A stretch of 64,000 nucleotides of DNA from Spirochaetia bacterium (GTDB taxonomy: Bacteria; Spirochaetota; Spirochaetia; SZUA-6; Bin103): the NCBI GenBank assembly GCA_965203905.1, contig CBDBDQ010000005.1, forward strand, positions 1,312,001-1,376,000. Direction: 5' to 3'. Made by a program: the position numbers and the translations under genes. The notes below the pieces were generated by a model that saw nothing but the letters and a program-made list of their open reading frames with translations, did no database searches and had not been told where the DNA came from. Positions 52,103-61,413 of this stretch are shown in pieces. Positions within the stretch are counted from its first letter, which is position 1; each line of letters begins with the position of its first letter.

Positions 52103-54814
52103 ATGGCGAAGCGGAAGAAGGCCAGAGGGCCGCACCACCCGAGGCCGGCCGCCGGCGCGGCGGCGGACCAGCCCCCGCAGGTGGCGGCGCCCCCGCGCCG
52201 GTCCCGGAACCGGTTCGCGCCTGGTGGGCCCGGTGGGGCGGGTTGGCCGGGTTGGCCGGCGGCATGGCTGGGGACGTTCTCGGCGCACGACGGGCCGGCG
52301 GCGCTGGCGCTGGCGGTGCTGGTGGTGGTGAGCTACTTCCCGGCCCTGCAGGGCGGCTTCGTGTGGGACGACGTGATCTTCGCCGAGGAGCCGGTGATCC
52401 ACTCCCCCGGTGCCCTGCGCAGCATCTGGTTGGCCCCCGCCGAGATCAAGAACGAGGGCCACTACTGGCCCCTGGTCTACACCAGCTTCTGGCTGGAGCA
52501 CCGGCTGTGGGGTCTGCGGCCCGCCGGCTACCACGCCGTCAACATCTTCCTGCACCTGCTCAACTGCCTGCTGCTGTGGCGCCTGCTGCGGCGCCTTGCG
52601 GTGCCCGGCGCGCTGCTGATCGCCGCGGTGTTCGCGGTGCACCCGCTGCACGTGGAGTCGGTGGCCTGGATCATCGAGCGCAAGGACCTGCTGTCGGCGC
52701 TGTTCTACCTGGGGGCGGTGCTGGCCTGGCTACGCCTGGTGGAGGTGGCGCGGGTGGGCCACTACCTGCTGCTGGTGCTGCTGTTCACGGCCGGGCTGCT
52801 GAGCAAGTCGGTGGTGGTGACGCTGCCGCTGGCGCTGCTGCTGGTGCAGTGGTGGCGCCGTGGCCGGGTGACGCGGCTGGATCTGCTGCGGGTGGCGCCG
52901 CTGATGGTGCTGGGGGCGGTGATCACGGCGGCGGACCTGGCCTTCTACCGCGGGCGGGAGGTGCTGGAGCTGGGCTACACGCTGGCGGAGCGGATGCTGA
53001 TCGCGGGGCGGGCGCTGTGGTTCTACGCCGGCAAGCTGGTGTGGCCGGTGGAGCTGGCGGTGATCTATCCGCTGTGGGAGATCGACGCGGGGTCGCTGGC
53101 GGGGTGGGGCTACGTGGCGGCGGCGGCCGGGTTGGCGCTGGCGCTGTGGCTGGGGCGGGGGCGGATCGGGCGCGGGCCGCTGGCGGGGGCGCTGTACTTC
53201 GCGCTGACGCTGGGGCCGGTGCTGGGGTTCGTGGACTACGGCTACATGCAGTTTTCGTTCGTGGCGGACCGCTTCCAGTACCTGGCGGGGATCGGGGTGC
53301 TGGCGCTGCTGCTGGGGAGCGCAGCGCACGGGATGGGCAGGCTCTCGGCCGCCGGGCGCGTGGCCGTGGGTGCTCCCGGGAGGGCGCGCGCCGAGCCGGG
53401 GGCCCGTGCTGCGCCGGAGGTGCGCGCTACTACGCCGGAGGTGCGCGCTACGCCGGCCAGGCTCGTGCGCTACGGGCAGGGGCTGCGCTACGGCGCTTGG
53501 GGGCTGGCAGTGGCGGTGGTGGTGCTGCTGGGCGCGCTGACCTGGCGTCAGGCCGAAATCTACCGCGACGAAGTCACGCTCTTCAGCCACATCGTGGCAC
53601 ACAACCCCGCGGCGCGCGACGCCCACCTCAACCTCGGCAGCGCGCTGTTCGAAGCGGAGCGGATGGAGGAGGGGCTTGCCGCCAGCCGCATCGCCGTGGA
53701 GCAGCGGCCCGAGTCGGCGGGCGCGCTGGCCAACGTCGGCCGCGCCCTGGTCTATTTCGAGCGCTTCACGGAGGCCGAGGAGCATCTGCGGCGCGCCCTG
53801 GAGCTGGACCGGCGCAGCACCACCGCGCACCAGAATCTGGCCGAGGCGCTCAGGAAGCAGGGGCGCCACCTGGAAGCGGTGGAGTCGTACCGCGCGGTGC
53901 TGGAACTCGACGCCGGGTTTGCGCTCGCCTACGCCGGCATGGGCACGGCGCTGTACGAGGCGCGGCGCTACCCCGAGGCGCTGGCGGCGCTGGAGCAGGC
54001 GCTGGCCCTGCAGCCGGAGCTGGCGGAGCGGGCCACGCTGCGTCTGTTCATGGGCCGCGCGGCGCGCGAGCTGGGCCGCTTCGAGGTCGCCGCGGAGCAC
54101 TTCCAGCGCGCCGCCGAGCTCGATCCCGACAACGTGGAGCCGCTTCTCGACCTGGCGGCCGTGCGCCGCAGCCAACAGCGCGACCGGGACGCGGAGGCGC
54201 TGCTGGACCGAGCCCGCGAGCTGCGCCCGCGCGATCCCTCGGCGCTCCACACCGTCGCCGAGGCGCTCCGAACGCAGGGCCGCGTGGAGGAGGCGATCGC
54301 CGGCTACCGCGCGGTGCTGGAGCTGGACCCCGAGTTCGCCCCGTCGCACGCCGCGCTCGGGATTGCGCTGTATCAGATGCAGCGCTACCGCGCGGGCCTG
54401 GCGTCGATGCAGCGGGCACTGGAGCTGGACCCCGAGCTGCCGGTGGCGGCCTCGCTGCACCTGTTCATGGGCCGCGCCTGGGCCGAGCTGGGAGACACGG
54501 AGGCCGCCGCCGAGCAGTACCAGCGGGCGCTGCGGATCGAGCCGCGCAACCCGGAAGTGCTCGATCACCTGGCCATGGCGCGCTTCGGGCAGAGGCGCTA
54601 CGAGGACGCGCTGGCGCTGTACCGGACGCTGTTGGAAATCAATCCCGACAATGCGTTGACCCACTCCAACGCCGGCGCTGCGTTGTATCATCTCGACCGC
54701 CCGCAGGAGGCGCTGCAGAGCATCGAGCGCGCCCTGACCCTGGACCCGGACCTGGAGATCGCCCGCACCGGCCTGGCCGAGGTGCGCAAGCTCCTGAACC
54801 AGCGCGGACAGTAG
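52103..54814 (+). CDS. TMTC-like GT-C membrane protein with C-terminal TPR repeats
   Basis: GGFVWDD, Y.PL...S, FAVHPLHVESVAWI.ERKD, ADRFQYL, >10 TPRs. Confidence 0.9.
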   Translation: MAKRKKARGPHHPRPAAGAAADQPPQVAAPPRRSRNRFAPGGPGGAGWPGWPAAWLGTFSAHDGPAALALAVLVVVSYFPALQGGFVWDDVIFAEEPVIHSPGALRSIWLAPAEIKNEGHYWPLVYTSFWLEHRLWGLRPAGYHAVNIFLHLLNCLLLWRLLRRLAVPGALLIAAVFAVHPLHVESVAWIIERKDLLSALFYLGAVLAWLRLVEVARVGHYLLLVLLFTAGLLSKSVVVTLPLALLLVQWWRRGRVTRLDLLRVAPLMVLGAVITAADLAFYRGREVLELGYTLAERMLIAGRALWFYAGKLVWPVELAVIYPLWEIDAGSLAGWGYVAAAAGLALALWLGRGRIGRGPLAGALYFALTLGPVLGFVDYGYMQFSFVADRFQYLAGIGVLALLLGSAAHGMGRLSAAGRVAVGAPGRARAEPGARAAPEVRATTPEVRATPARLVRYGQGLRYGAWGLAVAVVVLLGALTWRQAEIYRDEVTLFSHIVAHNPAARDAHLNLGSALFEAERMEEGLAASRIAVEQRPESAGALANVGRALVYFERFTEAEEHLRRALELDRRSTTAHQNLAEALRKQGRHLEAVESYRAVLELDAGFALAYAGMGTALYEARRYPEALAALEQALALQPELAERATLRLFMGRAARELGRFEVAAEHFQRAAELDPDNVEPLLDLAAVRRSQQRDRDAEALLDRARELRPRDPSALHTVAEALRTQGRVEEAIAGYRAVLELDPEFAPSHAALGIALYQMQRYRAGLASMQRALELDPELPVAASLHLFMGRAWAELGDTEAAAEQYQRALRIEPRNPEVLDHLAMARFGQRRYEDALALYRTLLEINPDNALTHSNAGAALYHLDRPQEALQSIERALTLDPDLEIARTGLAEVRKLLNQRGQ

Positions 54815-54997
54815 CCGGCATCCGAGTCACCGCCTGGCGGCACGCACCCGCCGCCACGCTGTCCCGGTTGATGGGGTAGACTCCACCCGCGGCGTGCGTA
54901 CCGCGCGCGCACTGTGCGTCCGGGTACCACGCGACGTACCATGCGACCGCGCCCTGGGCGGCTGCATCCGGCGCGCGGCACTGCGACGAATTGCACC

Positions 54998-55843
54998 ATG
55001 CTGACTGAACTCTCGCTGAGCGGGTTCCTGGCCTTCGCGGCAGCCTACCCGTTGTGTTTCTGGTCCAACGCCGGCGCCACCATCGACCGCGGCTTCTATC
55101 GCTTCAACCTGGGGGTGAGCTGCTTCATCCTCAGCCTGGGCCTGTTCGCGCTGCTGTTCGCGGCGCCGGGCGGCGCGGCGGCGGCGCGGCAGATGGCCTC
55201 GCAGGCGGCAGGCGGGGGGATGGCGGTGCCGGGCGCCGTGCTGGCGGCGCTGGCGGTGGCATGGCTGGCAGGCCTGCTGGCGGTGACCTGGAGCCAGTGG
55301 GAGCGGCCGCGGCCGAGCCTGCCGCTGATCACGCTGCCTTCGCTGGTCGGGCTCGCGGTGACCGCGGCCGCCACGGTGGCGCGTACCCCGCCGGCCGCGG
55401 CGCCGGTGGGTGCGGCGGCGCTCACCCTGCTCGGCGGGCTGACCCTGGGCATGGCGCTGTACACCATGGTGCTCGGCCACTGGTACCTGAACGTGGCCCG
55501 GCTGCCGATCGCCATCCTCTCGCGGGCGGTGGCCGTGTACAGCGTGCTGCTGGCGCTGCGGCTGCTGTGGGACGCCGTGGCCTTCGCCACCCACAGCCTG
55601 CCCTACCAGGGGCTGCCGCTGCCGCTGTACGCCTTCGTCGGAACCCTGGACGGCTTCCTGGTGGCGGTGGCGGTGTTCTTCGGCACCCTGTTTCCGCTGG
55701 CCGCCACCTGGCTGGTGCAGCGCACGCTGGCCGCCAAGTCCACCCAGGCCGCCACCGGTATCCTCTACGTGGTGGTGGTGGCCGCCATCATCGGCGATTT
55801 TTCCTATCGCTTCTTCCTGCTCCGCTACGGAGTGGTGCTGTAG
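54998..55843 (+). CDS. multi-pass membrane protein
   Basis: About 8 TMs, MVLGHWYLN and STQAATGILY motifs. Confidence 0.8.
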   Translation: MLTELSLSGFLAFAAAYPLCFWSNAGATIDRGFYRFNLGVSCFILSLGLFALLFAAPGGAAAARQMASQAAGGGMAVPGAVLAALAVAWLAGLLAVTWSQWERPRPSLPLITLPSLVGLAVTAAATVARTPPAAAPVGAAALTLLGGLTLGMALYTMVLGHWYLNVARLPIAILSRAVAVYSVLLALRLLWDAVAFATHSLPYQGLPLPLYAFVGTLDGFLVAVAVFFGTLFPLAATWLVQRTLAAKSTQAATGILYVVVVAAIIGDFSYRFFLLRYGVVL

Positions 55844-55844
55844 C

Positions 55845-56270
55845 ATGCTCCAGGTACGCGCGCAGTGCGATGCCTGTGACGCGGCGCTGGCCGGCGGCGC
55901 GGAGCAAGGGGTCCTGGAGTGCCCTTCGTGCCGGCGCCGGTATCCGCTCGGCGAGGCGGCCGCGCGCCTGGAGCAATGTCCGATCTGCGACTGCCGCCGG
56001 TTTTTCCGCCAGAAGGCGTTTCCCAAGGTGCTCGGCATCGGCCTGGTGGTGGTGGGTGCCATCCTGGTGCCGTTCACCTACGGCGTCAGCCTGATGGTCC
56101 TGGCGCTGGTCGATCTGCTGATCTACCGCAGCGTGCCGCTGATGGCGGTCTGCTACCTGTGCCGCGCCGAATTCCGGGGCGTGCCGGTCCCCGACCGCAT
56201 CCTCCCGTTCCGCCATCACATGGCGGAGGGCTTCGAGAAGCGGCGCGAGGAACGCCGGCAGCAGCGCTGA
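55845..56270 (+). CDS. zinc-ribbon membrane protein
   Basis: Four CxxC motifs and a TM hairpin. Confidence 0.75.
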   Translation: MLQVRAQCDACDAALAGGAEQGVLECPSCRRRYPLGEAAARLEQCPICDCRRFFRQKAFPKVLGIGLVVVGAILVPFTYGVSLMVLALVDLLIYRSVPLMAVCYLCRAEFRGVPVPDRILPFRHHMAEGFEKRREERRQQR

Positions 56271-56419
56271 CCGCCGCCCCCGCCGCCGCGGGCCGCCACC
56301 GCCACCGCGAGCCGCCATCGCCACCGCGAGCCGCCATCGCCACCGCGGGCCGCCACCCGGATCGCTTGAACTCTCCAGGCGATGGCAGTACGTTGCTGGT
56401 TCCTCCATGGCGCCCGACG

Positions 56420-57151
56420 ATGAGTGAACCGGAATCCGAACACCTCGATCCCGAATCCCTGGTTGCGCGCATCATTGCGGAGTTGCGGGCCAACCCGCAG
56501 GCACAACGGTTGCTGCTGCGCGCGCTGCTGACCAACGAGTTCCTCGGCATGCCGGCACGCCTGGACCGCATCGAGAAGGACGTTGCGGAACTCAAGGTCG
56601 ATGTACGCCAGCTCAAGGTGGACGTGGGCCAGCTCAAGGTCGACGTGGGTCAGCTCAAGGTGGACGTGGGCCAGCTTACGGTCGACGTGGGCCAGCTTAA
56701 GGACAATGTGGGATCGCTCAAAGGATCCGACTTGGAGGTTCGGCTGCTGCGGAGAATTCGCCCGCTGCTCAGTCAACACCTCCAGCTCAGGCGCGCCCGC
56801 ATCGTGCACAGCGCGCTGCACCAGGCCGATACCGAGTTCGATGCTACGATCGCCGACGCTGCGGATGCCGGCCGGATCAGTTCCGACCAGGAGGACCGCA
56901 TCACTGCGACCGACGTCATCATGCATGCGCAACGGAGGCACCAACGGACTCGGGTCTGGGTAGCCGTCGAAGTGGCCGGCAGAGTCGACGCCGACGATAT
57001 CAGGCGCAGCCGGGAGACTGCGGCCACGCTTGCGGCAGTGTTCGGAGAGGAGGCAATACCGGTCGTGGCGGGGTATCGGATCGACACCGCAGACCGGAGC
57101 CGGGCCGACGCCGCGGGAGTGTGCTGCCTGGAAGTCCCCGAACGGACCTAG
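56420..57151 (+). CDS. coiled-coil (LKVDVGQ heptad repeat) plus PD-(D/E)XK-like hypothetical protein
   Basis: 21-bp tandem repeats at ~56590-56720; TDVIM...VAVEVA, PVVAG. Confidence 0.8.
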   Translation: MSEPESEHLDPESLVARIIAELRANPQAQRLLLRALLTNEFLGMPARLDRIEKDVAELKVDVRQLKVDVGQLKVDVGQLKVDVGQLTVDVGQLKDNVGSLKGSDLEVRLLRRIRPLLSQHLQLRRARIVHSALHQADTEFDATIADAADAGRISSDQEDRITATDVIMHAQRRHQRTRVWVAVEVAGRVDADDIRRSRETAATLAAVFGEEAIPVVAGYRIDTADRSRADAAGVCCLEVPERT

Positions 57152-57613
57152 CGATGCCGGTAGCGGCGGTCGATCTCCTCGACCACCGGGGTACGTTGCG
57201 AGATCCAGGGCCAACCCTACTGAACGACTTCTGCATCCCGTGTGGCGGCACCTGCCAGATCGCCGTCTTCAGGTGCGTGGGTTCGTTCGCTGTACGATGT
57301 GTCCAGAAATGAACGGAGCGCCGCCTCCCGCAACGCCGGTCTTCGCCGATGCATTGCTGCCACGTCGGCGCCGCCGTGCAGGATTCGCAGGATTCTGCGA
57401 AAAGTGCCAAAAAAACGCGCTAATCACTTGACGGGTTTGGCGCTGCTCATAGCGGCCTCCTGCCGCACGTTCCGGCCCCTCCGACCCTTCGAACATCCCG
57501 CCACGCCCTCCAGGACCGTCAGCACCCCGCCAGCGCCGGCCTGAGCCCTTCCAGGTGCCCGTCCCGGGACTTGCCGCAACCGGTCATTTCTCAACCATGA
57601 TTATATTTACGCC

Positions 57614-59296
57614 ATGGTTGCCGCGACCGCCACCAGCTTCTCCTCCTCCCTCTCCGGGCTCCCCGACCAGGTGCTGCTGGCGCATACCAGGTCCCTCGTC
57701 CTGCACGAGCAGGCGCTGCAGCTCGCCGTCCTCGACCACCTGCGCGAGATCCACGCCCGCCACCTGCACCTGCGCCTCGGGTTCTCCAGCCTGTTCGACT
57801 ACGCCGTGCGCGAGTTGGGCTACAGCGAGGGTGCCGCTTGGCGTCGCATAAAGGCCATGCGCCTGTGCTCCGAGACCGCCGGGTCACGCGAGCGGCTGCA
57901 GGACGGCTCGCTCTCCCTGAGCGCCGCGGCGCAGTTGCAGAACACCTTCGATCTCCTGCAGCGCACGGCCACCGCCGCCGCGGCCCCCGGCTCGGCACCG
58001 GCGGCAGCGGAGCTGCTGCCGGGCGGCACGGGTCCGGCGCCGGAGGCGGGGGCTGCGGGGACCGCGGCAGCGACGCCGGCGGGACCGGTGCCGGCGCTGG
58101 ACGCGGCGCAGCGGCAGGAGCTGGTGGCGCAGGCGAGCGGCAAGAGCACCCGCGAGGTGAAGCAGTTGTTGGCCGGGGTGGCTCCCGAGCTGGCGCGGCC
58201 GGCCGATCGCCTGCGGGCGCTGGGCGACGGGCGCTGGGAGCTGAAGGTGGCGATCGACTCTGCCTGTCAGCGCGGGATCGAGCAGCTACGGGCACTGCTG
58301 TCGCACGTCGACCCGCACCTGACGCTGGGGCAACTGGTGGAGCGGCTGGTGCAGGACGGCCTGCAGCGCTACGACCCGGGGCGACCGCCGCGCGGTCGCA
58401 GAGGCGGGAGCCGGGAGGCAAGCGCGGGCCAGGCGCCGGAGCCGAAGCCGCAGCAAGGGCCGGAAGGCGGAGCGACTTCGCCGGCGAAGCGGGACGCGCA
58501 AGAGCAACCCGGAGTGCCATCGACGCCGGCGGGCACGACCGCCGGTGGCAGCACCCCGGCGCCGGCAGCGCTGCCAGCAGAGGAACCCGCGCGCGGGATT
58601 GGCGGCGCCGGCACCTCGGCGGTGGCAGCGCTATCCGCAGAGGAACCCGCGTGCGGGATTGGCCGTGCCGGCACCCCGGCGGTGGCAGCGCTGTCCGTGC
58701 CACCGTCGAGGCGGGAGACTTGCGGCGGCAGCACCCCGGTGCGTGGCAAGCCAGCGGCGGGGGCGCCCGGCACCACTACTTCGGCGCCGAAGTTGGTGGC
58801 TGGTTGCGGGTCCCGCGCCTCCGTACCGACGCCGCCGGCAGACCAGAGCTTGCCGACCGCGCGGGCAGCGGTGGACCGCGGTCGCAGCGCTCCTTCGCCA
58901 GCGAAGCGGGCAGGGGCGGCGCAGCGGGCAGGAGCGGCGCAGCGGGCAGGGGCGGCAAAGCGGGCAGGAGCGCAGCTCGATGGCCGTTCGCGGCAGCAGG
59001 CGGCGGCATCCGACCCGTCCGCAGGCAGCGCGCAGCCGGCCCACCGGGCGCGCCGATCCCGCTACATTCCGGCACCGGTGCGGCGCGAGGTGTGGCGGCG
59101 CGACGGCGGCTGCTGCAGTTACGTCGATCCGCACAGCGGGCGGCGCTGCGGCTCCCGCTTTCTGCTGGAGCTCGACCACATCGTTCCCTTCGCGCTCGGC
59201 GGCAGCGCCGAGCCGGGGAACTTGAGGCTGCATTGTGCTGCTCACCACCGCTTCCGGCATCGGGAGCACGGATCGCCGCCAGACGGGGCCACGTGA
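57614..59296 (+). CDS. DUF222-like HNH endonuclease
   Basis: HL.EI..R.L....GFSSLFDYA..ELGYSE.AA.RRI; C-terminal VRREVW.RDGG.C...C...LELDHIVPFALGG....NLRLHC..HH. Confidence 0.88.
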   Translation: MVAATATSFSSSLSGLPDQVLLAHTRSLVLHEQALQLAVLDHLREIHARHLHLRLGFSSLFDYAVRELGYSEGAAWRRIKAMRLCSETAGSRERLQDGSLSLSAAAQLQNTFDLLQRTATAAAAPGSAPAAAELLPGGTGPAPEAGAAGTAAATPAGPVPALDAAQRQELVAQASGKSTREVKQLLAGVAPELARPADRLRALGDGRWELKVAIDSACQRGIEQLRALLSHVDPHLTLGQLVERLVQDGLQRYDPGRPPRGRRGGSREASAGQAPEPKPQQGPEGGATSPAKRDAQEQPGVPSTPAGTTAGGSTPAPAALPAEEPARGIGGAGTSAVAALSAEEPACGIGRAGTPAVAALSVPPSRRETCGGSTPVRGKPAAGAPGTTTSAPKLVAGCGSRASVPTPPADQSLPTARAAVDRGRSAPSPAKRAGAAQRAGAAQRAGAAKRAGAQLDGRSRQQAAASDPSAGSAQPAHRARRSRYIPAPVRREVWRRDGGCCSYVDPHSGRRCGSRFLLELDHIVPFALGGSAEPGNLRLHCAAHHRFRHREHGSPPDGAT

Positions 59297-59324
59297 TCGG
59301 CGCTCGCCGGGGTGCGAGTTGGGC

Positions 59325-59420
59325 GATCGGGTGGCCAGCAAGGAGACCGCCCGCCTCACGGCACCCAGACCAAGCTCTCTCTGCACATCGCCCGGTCGCT
59401 ACCGCTGCGTGTCGGAGAGC
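59325..59420 (+). pseudogene. degenerate third copy of a C1 peptidase segment
   Basis: GGCCAGCAAGGAGACCG...GGCACCCAGACCAAGCT...GCATCGC...GCTGCGT..GGAGAGC, similar to 39140-39258 with a ~30-bp deletion. Confidence 0.7.
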
Positions 59421-59649
59421 GTCGCAACGTTTGGCTCGACCGACGCCCTGATCCGTACTGGGGCAATTTGTGGTGGCATGATGTCCTCGGGACTGTGCCC
59501 GCTGCCGCGTGTCGCGGGTGACGGCCCGATCAGCGGAGCCGATTGGCGTCGGGGCCCAGCAGGGGGCGAGACGGATGTGGGCGTGGCGAACGGGTGGCGA
59601 ACGGTGGTCGCGGTGCTTCCCCGGCTGTGCGGTCGCCGATACGCTGCTA

Positions 59650-59732
59650 TTCGATCGGGAAGGAAAGGCGAGGGCGCGGGAATCTCGGACAGCACCCGGC
59701 AGTTTGGGGCAAAATCCCGCGCCCTCTCTTTC
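59650..59732 (+). ncRNA. candidate small RNA or terminator hairpin
   Basis: TACGCT -10 box at 59640; 12-bp perfect stem GAGGGCGCGGGA/TCCCGCGCCCTC followed by TCTTTC. Confidence 0.3.
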
Positions 59733-59929
59733 AGAGTATCGGCAAGGCTGGAGCGCTTCCGCTCCGCCAGATTGTCGAGGCTGTCTGTCGCACCACCGAC
59801 AGTGATGCGCGCGGCATCTCGCGGCGCAGGTTGGCCAGGGGAGGTCGGTCTCGCGGTGGACAGCTATTCGAGGGTCATGGGAGGGCACCGGGCGCCGGCC
59901 GGGCGTGGGAAACGGGGATTATGGGCAAT

Positions 59930-59997
59930 CACACAAAGAGCCGCCTCCCCTGGGTTCTGGAGGGAAGGCGGCAGGCTGGGAGGGGAACAACTCCCAC
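59930..59997 (-). ncRNA. candidate ~65-70-nt two-hairpin small RNA
   Basis: Minus-strand TTGCCT-17 bp-TACGTT promoter (60030-60002), TGGGAG/CTCCCA hairpin, GCCGCC/GGCGGC hairpin, then TCTTTG. Confidence 0.4.
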
Positions 59998-60085
59998 TCA
60001 CAACGTAGCGGGTGTACCGGTAACAGGCAAGGCACGAACCCGCGAACCGGAATCCGAATCCCCGCCTTAAAGACGAATTCTCTCT

Positions 60086-60296
60086 CGCGAAGTCGCGAAT
60101 TGGCGGAAAGTTCCCGAATCTACTCTGAAGTTCGCTATTTCGCGACTGATCGGAGAGCGAATAAATCGTCTCTCTATAATAAACTGATGAGAAGCGTCAG
60201 AATCGTAGAGCAATGCGACGGAATCAATCGGTCAAATTCACGAATTGGCGTAAAGTCGTGAAACCCACAACGAATTCGCCATTTCGCGACTTTGCG
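60086..60296. repeat. 211-bp AT-rich element bounded by 20-bp inverted repeats, with internal copies of the same motif
   Basis: CGCGAAGTCGCGAATTGGCG ... CGCCATTTCGCGACTTTGCG (18/20); internal motifs at 60131 and 60235-60263. Confidence 0.7.
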
Positions 60297-60358
60297 GCCT
60301 CGTCAAGTCGTCAGTTCGCCGTCTGGCACTGCGCAACGTGATACTGAATGCGCTGGAA

Positions 60359-60967
60359 TCAGTCGGTTTTCCGGGGCGGGAGCGGTGCGATCGCCGTATT
60401 CTGGCTGAAGATCACCCGCCACTGACCATCGATCCGTTGCAGTACGTCGACCAATCGTGTCTCCAGGGCCCCCGGAGCCGTCTCTCGAATGCCGGGTGGC
60501 AGCGCCTCGTAGCCGGTGAGCCGCAGCCGCGCCTCGACGATCGCAGTGTCAGGCGCCGCGAATCGCACTTCCAGTGGCTCCACGGTGAGTGTGCTGTTAT
60601 GAAAGATCGTGGCGAACAGCGCCGCATGGCGCTGCTCGTTGCTGGCGCGGTCGGGGAACCGCATCCCCAGGATGTTGATGAACCGGCTGTCGCCGGCGAA
60701 GTCCTTGACCCAGGCGGTCGCATCCCGCGTATTCCAGGCCTGCTCCCGGTCTGTCAGGATCCGCCGGACGGCCTGCTCGTCCGCGACGGACTGTGCCCAC
60801 AGCAGACCTCCCGACGGCACCGCCAGGATCATGGCGGCGCTGCAAAAAAGACGCAGCAGCCCGATGCTGCGGTTGCACGCTCGCCCTTGGCGCCGGAGCC
60901 TCATCTTGGGCCCGACTCTACCACGCCAGTTCACTATTGCGACAGTTCCGGCGTCGGACGGGTCCAT
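60359..60967 (-). CDS. SnoaL/NTF2-like (SgcJ/EcaC, DUF4440) protein
   Basis: DEQAVRRIL...AWN..DA.....FA.D..FIN..G; W.V...QNT; the true start may be downstream. Confidence 0.85.
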   Translation of the reverse strand: MDPSDAGTVAIVNWRGRVGPKMRLRRQGRACNRSIGLLRLFCSAAMILAVPSGGLLWAQSVADEQAVRRILTDREQAWNTRDATAWVKDFAGDSRFINILGMRFPDRASNEQRHAALFATIFHNSTLTVEPLEVRFAAPDTAIVEARLRLTGYEALPPGIRETAPGALETRLVDVLQRIDGQWRVIFSQNTAIAPLPPRKTD

Positions 60968-61198
60968 GCGCCAGGGGGAGAACCGCTGCCACTACGCACT
61001 ACCGCACCACATGTCCACATATTCGGCGCATTCGAGGTACTGTGTCGGTGTGTGGCGTTTCCTTGGCGCTCCCCGCTACAGCCGCCGGATCTCGGTCTCG
61101 ATGCTGGACTAGTTGCCACTGCCGGGGTTGCGTCGCGGCCAAGAGCCGGAGGCTCCTCCGGCGCGCGCGACCTAAAGTGACGGAGGATACTTCTCACC

Positions 61199-61396
61199 GT
61201 GTCAGGCTTGCACAACCTGAGGACCAGCGGCCGGCGCTGGCTCGTGAGCCGCCGCCGCACTCCTCCCTGGGTAGTGGTGCTCATCGTGGCGACCGTCATG
61301 TTCCTCGCCAGCGTCGGCCTCACCGTCGCGGTCGGCCTCATTCTCGGCGAGCGCATCGCCGCCATTGAGACGGTCTTGGATATCGAGGACCCGTAG
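61199..61396 (+). CDS. small single-TM hypothetical protein
   Basis: SD GGAGG, GTG start, hydrophobic stretch. Confidence 0.4.
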   Translation: MSGLHNLRTSGRRWLVSRRRTPPWVVVLIVATVMFLASVGLTVAVGLILGERIAAIETVLDIEDP

Positions 61397-61413
61397 GCTC
61401 ACTCCTCCCGCGA

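Noticed and set aside
51979-54879. 966-aa and 653-aa overlapping ORFs (likewise 2224-4128, 22212-23834, 57838-59451)
   Set aside because: Shadow ORFs of high-GC genes with no recognisable motifs
56275-56355. Short tandem repeats (also 53410-53455 and 63435-63480)
   Set aside because: Two to three copy slippage repeats with no spacers or evident function
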